DNA of 58,906 bases, counting the filler, from Porpidia crustulata (Eukaryota): the NCBI GenBank assembly GCA_964255105.1. It is 8 parts of 8 records of this genome, joined end to end, with 100 filler letters (N's around TTAATTAATTAA, not from the genome) between each part and the next. Parts side by side here need not be neighbours in the genome. Positions count along the whole stretch, not along the records: positions 51,657 to 58,906 come from CAXUWE010001367.1; 7 more parts are not named here. One strand, given 5' to 3'. The position numbers and the translations under genes were made by a program. Positions 51,557 through 58,906 of this stretch are shown here, one piece after another; within the stretch, counting starts at the first letter, position 1; each line of letters starts with the position of its first letter. Under the pieces are notes generated by a model, which was not told the origin of the DNA, searched no databases, and saw only the letters and a program-made list of their open reading frames with translations.

Positions 51557-51656
51557 NNNNNNNNNNNNNNNNNNNNNNNNNNNNNNNNNNNNNNNNNNNN
51601 TTAATTAATTAANNNNNNNNNNNNNNNNNNNNNNNNNNNNNNNNNNNNNNNNNNNN
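51557..51656. other. Artificial contig spacer
   Basis: 44 N + TTAATTAATTAA + 44 N. Confidence 0.98.
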
Positions 51657-52489
51657 GTGGGCGGCCCCAGGGGCGGGGCCAGAGGCAGAGAGCACTTGTG
51701 GTGTCAAGGCAAGAAAGAAAGAGAAAGCGTAGAGATCGCGCATGGTCAGATGAGAAAACATAGCTGCTGGTATCAAAAGAATGTATGGAGCAAGAAAGAG
51801 AACCTCAAATCTACAACGAGGTCAAAAAAAGATGATGCTGGACGGATGACCTGGGATTTGGATACATGACCACTCCGTGGCCATGTATTTGCAAGCTATC
51901 TCCGCCTGACCGTAATGTCTATAGACCATAACCCCTTCTCCTTCCCCCGTCATTATAGATTGGTTTGACATAGAGAGTTTCCGTAGCAATTTCCACATAC
52001 TGTTATACCTTCACAAAGATGCGTGGTAATCCTGGCTAGGCGTAGGGAAGAGCCTGGTGTAGTGTAAGTAGTCAGGGGGTAGACGGGCAGAAGAGATTGC
52101 GGTGGACGAAGTCTAGGCGATTTCGGGATTAACAGCAAGGCTGGCCGGGGTTAAGCTTGTGGGTGGCTTCAAGGCCCCTGACATGACTTTATCGATCACA
52201 GGCTTCAACCTCATCCACCCCCTAATTAAACTGATTAAATTCAGGTTCGTTGTCCAGGAACCGCCAGACTCTTGAGCGTGTCTTGATCTGCTGTTTTGCA
52301 CTAACAACAAATGAAATACTAGTGATTCTCGCACTCTTGCTCCACTGCTAGTACTCCATCTTGGACTGTCGCTCTTTCAACCTTTCCTCATTGCTCTCTT
52401 CGAATACCCTCAAGCTCCAAGCATCTCAATCTCTACTTTCTTTCTTCTGATACTGTCTTTTCCACCTGCATGACCGACACATAATTACG

Positions 52490-53377
52490 ATGAAGCTCAA
52501 GTCTCAGAGCCTTGCATTCTTTCTCTCCTTGACCTCTTTTACCAACGGGCAGATCTCCACTGCCAGCGGTAATGGCTACACTGGGTATACTCTCGGACTC
52601 ACAGGTGACCCTGGATCAGCGAGTTACGATACTGCCTCCACTCCCGCCAACGTTTCAACGACCAATCCCCCACCAGATGTATATCTAAATGGCGCCGTCC
52701 ACGTCGGTGAGCTCGATATCAACGTGCAAAACCTCACCGCCCAGATCAACTTGAAAGCACAGGTACTGAGCCTGCTGTCTTTTAACGCTGGCGTGGACGT
52801 GTCGATCAACCGAGTGAATCTCTTGATCCAGAATGTTAGTGCACACGTTCTGCTCGAGGCACGGCTTGAGAACCTCGTACTCATGATCAACGACACGCTC
52901 AACTCACTCGATCTTAATCCAGTGCTGGCAACGATCGGTCAGGATATCGGAAGTCTTGCTAATAGCACCGTAGGCGGACTCACTAGCAATGGGCCGCCAG
53001 CCAGTAACGTGGTGCCCCGCTCTTATGACCTGGTCTACAACATTCTCTACTCCATCAACGACTACAGCGGAAACACGCACACCAACCGTATCCTTACGCA
53101 GAGCGGCAGCATCATCGACCAGTCGCTTGACAACAATGGTCAGGTTCATACCCAGAGAGAGGTGGGCTCTTACTTGAAAGACATGACCTTCAACGGCTAC
53201 AACCAAAGCGTGACCAAGAACGGCCAAGCAACTCACGAGCTTGAATACACCTATACTCCGCTCCATGGCCTCAGTGTTGTCAGCGCCATCTACTTCGATG
53301 ATGCGAACAACGTGGTGGCTACGCAAGTGCTCAGTGAGAGTAGCGCCGGAGGTAGCAGTACGATTGCGGATTTATAG
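52490..53377 (+). CDS. Secreted hypothetical protein (295 aa), intronless
   Basis: Signal-peptide-like MKLKSQSLAFFLSLTSFTNG, uninterrupted ORF, many NxS/T sequons, no cysteines, and an amphipathic beta-rich core (PDVYL...LLEARLENL...LDLNP). Confidence 0.85.
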   Translation: MKLKSQSLAFFLSLTSFTNGQISTASGNGYTGYTLGLTGDPGSASYDTASTPANVSTTNPPPDVYLNGAVHVGELDINVQNLTAQINLKAQVLSLLSFNAGVDVSINRVNLLIQNVSAHVLLEARLENLVLMINDTLNSLDLNPVLATIGQDIGSLANSTVGGLTSNGPPASNVVPRSYDLVYNILYSINDYSGNTHTNRILTQSGSIIDQSLDNNGQVHTQREVGSYLKDMTFNGYNQSVTKNGQATHELEYTYTPLHGLSVVSAIYFDDANNVVATQVLSESSAGGSSTIADL

Positions 53378-55391
53378 CGATGGCAGTGGGAACAATATCA
53401 GGCGTTGTATATTCTCCCACGTTTGGTGGTGCAGTGGAATATTTTCTATGTACACACCGAACAAACATTGTAACATGACGGGACAACGACAGGGAGACTC
53501 GGCTGTCTCACGAAAAATACCCCGACGGCGTCGCTGCATATATGGCTTAGCTCGTCTGAGTAGTAGGCTGCAGATAAGAGGGCGTCGAGGCGAAAATGGC
53601 AAAGGGAAGGAAGAAGTCATCCATGTGTGGTTCGCGGGCGGTAAAAAGGGACACGACTGGAACAGTAGCGGACGAAGACGGCAGTGCTGGCGAGAAATTT
53701 TCATGTATATAAATTCAACGTCTGTCTCTCACCCCATCGTCTTGTTTTTCTTCGAACTGTCACTAGGGGTGTACAACATCAAAACCCTTTAGTACCCAAT
53801 TTCATGCCGCATACAAGTGTCGCAAGACTACTCCTAGGGCATAGCAATACTTCATACCTCAAACCACATGCGCCCATCCATTTTCCATCAAACGCATCAC
53901 CGAAACCCTTGAGTCAGGCGTCGAAAGACTCGACATCTATATCAGGTCAAGCTCTGCAGAACTCGGAGCGAACCCGAGCAGCCGTCCTAGTGGCAAAGAC
54001 GACGAGGCTGGCAGGGGTCGATGACCAGTGGCATGGCCGTTTGACAGGGCCCTGGTATTCGCGGGTGTTGCCGGTGAACTTGTATAAGGCGACGTGTGTG
54101 TACGCGGATGGATTGAGCACGAATACTTTTGCGGCGGGAGCGTGCTATGATTTAGTAAGAGAGCCGAGAGGGGTTATGGTATCCTCCCCGCGTGTGTAAG
54201 AGTTTGGAATAGCCAAGGCCGGTTGGAGTGCCGTCCAATGTATTCCCTGAGCCGCCGAGACAACCTCTATGCCTCGGCCATTAAGTTTGAGCCCTATTTG
54301 AATAATGGCAAATGATCTGCTGCTGGCGGTCAGCGTGGGTTGAGCTGACAATAAAGTATCATGCTGGAAGATCCCCTGACAAGGATGCCTGAAGGACACA
54401 AAGATAATCGGCAGTTGGTCGCTGTAATTGAGTTTTCACCTGAGATGACGGGGCAACCCGCAAAGCGTGAAGCCGCTGAGGGGTGGGCAATAAAGAATTG
54501 AGCTCAAGTCCTCAGGCCTGGCATCTTGGCTGAAATATCAATGCTTGAGCTACCTATTACCATCGCTGCAGATTGATCAGAGGGTGGAATTAGGTCTCAA
54601 TGACTTTGACAAACTTTTACTGGCCACTGGATGGATTTGGCCGACGGCATTGAAGATGATATTGCCCGGGTCTAGAGCGATTCGCTGAGGGTTTTCGCCG
54701 GTTCGTGGCGCTCCAGAAAATTTTGGCCTTCGTGAGACTTCAGTGAGCGGTCGCGCTTCTAGAGAGACAGGAGAGGCTGTTTGCTGAGCTATCTGGGAAA
54801 CTATGGAGAATTCTTGGTAGGCCTCAACGACCGACCTTTATGTGGACGAACGATCAGACGTAAAGTTGTGGTTGAATCTGATGGCAAAGCCGCTGGATCA
54901 AGGAAAGCAGGTGACGTTCTACCAGCCGCATGCACATCAGGGCTTATCGGCGAATCTCAATTTAGACGTCCTCTACAGGATCGTGGATCATTGTTGGCTC
55001 TGAAACGCTCCCCGATAATGGCCTGGCTGGCACTACTGGACCTGCGAACGAGATACTCTACGAATTTACGATTGAGGTCCATTAAGACTCATTACTGCCA
55101 CAGGGGTTGACGCACCTATTCGATCGAATATTTTCAACCCAATTGACCCTGACAAATGAGAAAGAAAGGAAAAACGTACATAGTTCATCTATATTTCATA
55201 GTGGACTGGACTTCATTGCTAGAGCAAGGATCGATTCTGCATATTTGCTTTCGTGAATACTTCAATAACCGCAAATGTGGCCTACCGCGTCCACACACTG
55301 CCTTAGAAATAGCGTATCGCCCGATACTCTTAGATCTCAACTACCATCAGAGTCTTAATGAGACCGAAGTCCCACGCTCTCCCAAATCTCA

Positions 55392-57950
55392 TCAGCTACT
55401 CACGCCCACTCAGTATCCCTTCCCTACCCAGAAATCTATGCCGCAATTTTCGCCGTTCGACCCAAGGACCGGATTACATGTGTATACAATTGAGCTATAG
55501 TAATGCCTATGCGGACCTTAAGCATTGGTCTCTATACATTCGGCGCATCGCGCCTTTGCTCGCTCCCAGAGCTGGCTTACCATTTTTCTGCGCAAATATA
55601 GAACAATGATCACCTTTCTGCGCTGTGGCAGTTTTGTTGCAATTACTTGCGAGACCACTCTGCGTGGTGTGGCTAAGGGCGAAGTGGTAGAAGACGTAGG
55701 AGTCGCCGTCGTCGTCATAGACGTTGAGGAGACGCCGATCTATTATGCATTAAGTTCAGTACACTAGCTCGACACATGATAGTATTCACGCGGTAGTTGT
55801 GTCCTGAAAGCTAGTAGAACGATTATCTTCCTTTGGTCCGAGGATCGTATTCCAGCTGTACAGCTCATTCGTGGTTATGTTGTTGTTCTGCGCGAAGATA
55901 TAGCAATAGTCACCAGTCTGGGCAGGATTTATCCCGCTTTGAGTAGAATGTGGTAGGACTGTAGTGGCTTTGGATGACGCTGAGTTGGAGGAGCTCAAAG
56001 AGACTATTAGTACGCCAACACAGTAGTTGTAGTCAGCCCAGAACTGTGTACTGCAATTGTGCCCTTCAGGGTATCCTAGAGCGGGATTCCACGTTGTCAA
56101 TCGCGCTAGAGTCACATGGATTCTCTGCGATAGATTGTAACAAGTGTCATTTATACTAGCGTATGTGAAAGCATTACAGTTGAACGAAATGCCGTCTTGT
56201 ATTGGGGCACTCGTGGTGCTATTAGCTGTGAGGCCATTCGGACCACCGGGGCCATCGGGGTCAGAACCACTTCCTTGACCGCCTCGCTGTCGTCCACTGG
56301 CATTTGTGTTAGTGCTATTAAACAGCGCTGGCAGAGTGCACTCGCCTCCGGGTGGTCTGTCTCAAATAGTAAAACGGAAAACAGGGCGTCAAATGTGGAA
56401 TCAAATCCCGTACCCGGTGCAGACGTATTGATTTAAGGTCAGATTGTCGCACAGCCCATTTAAACTGGGATTCCACTGTAGGAAGAGAGCATTCGTTACG
56501 TTGACATTGCTGATAGACAACGAGCTAGCAATATAGGAGCTCTAAAGATGAATAATTGTGACCCTCACCAAGACTGGCCAGCGCCGACTTGGGAGATGTG
56601 GCACGAAAGTGGTATGTAAATGAATGATGTATTGAATGAACAGTCATCTGTATCAATTATCGGCTGAAGATCCCCGGTAGCCATGCCATAGGTCTGCGAA
56701 CGGAAATCGCAAGATCCAGCGGAAGCACGCTTAACCCTTGCGTAGCCACTATCATCATCCCCAAATTCAAGAAGCTCAGGAGAGCGCTCAGCTAGACTTG
56801 TAGCATCACGCTTGCTGCTCCTTGCCGAGATGATCTGACCACTGCCGGTCAAACCGTTTGAGGTGGTCGAGTTGGCGTTTGGGTCTGTGCCCGGAGGAAC
56901 ATAGGCTCGGTGCGCCCGGATAAGAAGGGATCGGTGGAGAGCTCGATGGAGGCATTGTGACGTCGCAAACGGCCGCAATGTTTTGATATTGCTGGACCAA
57001 ATAATCTGAGTAGTCAGTGTCTGGTAAGAAAGGAGAGTTGATGCATCATCACATGGCACTCAGAAAGCAGTTGCTGCAAAAATATGATAGTATGAGCTAT
57101 TATTCTAAGCTTGAAAGATATCATGACTTGCAATTACCTAGGTTGTCACGGTTAAGGTGAGGCTGAGTAAACAAAGTTCAGATGGATTGAACTCACGATA
57201 CGGTTTGCCGCATCAACATCAAGGCAGTGTTATTAGGGTCTACATTGCAGTCAGGCATGGCAACATCAACGCCCACCCAGTTCTGAGACTCTTAAAAGCA
57301 ATAGGTGAATGTCGAGTTATTGACCTCGATAGCGGTGCCGTTGCCAGCATTTGGACTTATGCTTGCTGAAGCTGCTGAACTTGCGGTCGCTGAATCTATC
57401 GGTATCGCGGTTGTGTCGGCAGAGTCTGTCGTTTGGTTCCGAGACAGCATGATAGGCAATTGGCTTAACATAGATCAGTCAAGTCCGAGAATCATGATTA
57501 GACCGATACAGATTTGTGAGACAAGGCCGATGCCATTGGAGTAACGGATGACCACCGACTCCACAAGCATCATCTTACCATCGATTGTAAGTGTTTGCCC
57601 GTTACGACTGTCATAGACACCTTACAACCAGTCACTACTTAATTAAAGACAAGACGGCGTGCAAAGAGCTGTAAGATCGTCTTGATCCCAATAGTACATG
57701 TCGATTTAGTCAGCCATGGGGAAGAGATCCGGATCACACGTCACAGTAGCGTTCCTGTGAATACCATTAGCAGCACTCATCACCTATTTAAGAAGTAAAA
57801 AATCCACATGGCATTCACAAAATTCACCAGAAACCCCATAGAAGATGCTAGCTACGTAGAATCCACCGGTGGCCACATGTTGAAGTCCTGAGTATACAAA
57901 GGTACGATCACTGCCGCCCATACGGCTATAGCAAAATGAGAGCTGTCATT
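55392..57950 (-). pseudogene. Secreted multi-LysM (chitin-binding effector-type) protein, heavily decayed
   Basis: N-terminal Cys-rich block (QDFNMWPPVD, NATVTCD, YYWDQDDLTALCTPSC) with TAA stops at 57706, 57643 and 57622. LysM units LFLQWNPSLNGLCDNL..QYVC, DTCYNLSQ..LTTWNPAL..NCSTQFWADYNYCVG, GDYCYIFAQNNNITTNELYSWN and GDHCSIFAQKN..GITIAQLY..NPVLG..ENCG. Several frameshifts and Cys losses. The 5' end is approximate. Confidence 0.85.
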
Positions 57951-58906
57951 CCGCTCGAAGTCCCAAGTACTAAAATGGAAGACATGGACCAGAATGAGAG
58001 AGAGGACTGCATGTGCAGAAGGAGCGAAGAGCGCAAAACGTATAAGTCTATGAAGCCAAGGAGGTTTAGGAGATAGACAATATGGATAATAAGTAAACGT
58101 TCATCCTTGCCAGCAGTGGCGTAGCTTTACAGATAGAGACGCCTCGCAGGAGACAGCTGGCCCAAAAGCGGAGGAGAGATACTCCATGCCGCACCAGGAA
58201 GGAGCCCCTGCTGACAGGGATGACCAGGTACATGGTTCATGAATATCAAATTCGAAGAGTTCAACGTAAATCGAAGGACTACAACGAGGTAATATTAGGA
58301 GGTAGCGGGAATTAGTAGGTATTTAGCTCACAAAATCAGGGATTAGAGCGGGTGTGGGGGCCGCGCTGCAGGAGTATACGGGAAGCTTGTCACCTCGTGG
58401 ACAAAACGGACCAATTTGGGCGCCCAGATAATGAGGGGCATGATTGGATGCAGGTTGAGAAGGAAGGGGCTGAGTACGGATCCTGCGAACAAATCTAGTC
58501 GCAGAGCCTGCAGGGACGAGGGTCGAACTCAAGAGTCGCTGGAGAGCCGTAAGCGGTGAACGTGATAAAGTCGATGCTTTTGAATAAATATCAGAATGGC
58601 TTTCGACGATCTGAACCTAAGCAGTCCAGAAAATCGTATATCCAAGTCGATCTCCGAGAGCTTTAGATCTCTCAAAGTCTCTGTCTCGACGTTTACTATT
58701 GCCATGTCTGAGTTCTAAATCGCCGCTTACGACTCTTCAGCGACTTTTAATTCCGACCCTGGAGAAGTAGCACACACATACACTAAGGCTCTGCCGCTTG
58801 TGGTCATCTTAAGGTTATATAAAGAGGGCTGAAAACGCCATTGACTAGAGTAGGTAGGAGTATTCCCGGGCCCGTGCACGTTCCGGTCCCGTGCACACCC
58901 CACTTT

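Noticed and set aside
7300..51656. Regularly spaced identical TTAATTAATTAA palindromes every ~7.37 kb, resembling a periodic array or element boundary
   Set aside because: Each sits inside N padding of fixed length. This is a synthetic six-frame-stop linker, and the spacing reflects size-sorted contigs.

Overview
This is eukaryotic DNA from a filamentous ascomycete (Pezizomycotina-type genes with short GT-AG introns and CTRAC/CTAAC branch points). It is not one locus. Eight contigs of about 7.3 kb (7299, 7293, 7287, 7283, 7266, 7264, 7264, 7250 bp, non-increasing) are joined by identical artificial 100-bp spacers (44 N + TTAATTAATTAA + 44 N), so gene neighbourhoods mean something only within a contig. 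Apparently intact genes: a coiled-coil protein, two conserved fungal hypothetical proteins, a TLC-like membrane protein, a membrane alpha/beta-hydrolase, a GMC oxidoreductase, PPE1 (cut by the contig end), an SDR/NmrA-like oxidoreductase and an intronless secreted protein. Seven genes carry in-frame stops and/or frameshifts: a membrane protein, a DUF3176 protein, a small 4-TM protein, a caspase-fold protease, a PD-(D/E)XK nuclease-like gene, a casein kinase 1-like gene and a multi-LysM protein. The best candidate for an undescribed system is on contig 7 (44293-51556). A nuclease-like gene sits head-to-head with a CK1-like kinase paralogue, with a caspase-like protease on one side and degenerate TTAGGG repeats on the other. 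This resembles a decaying toxin/antidote or cell-death module, which is inference only. All family assignments come from motif recognition by eye, not from database searches.
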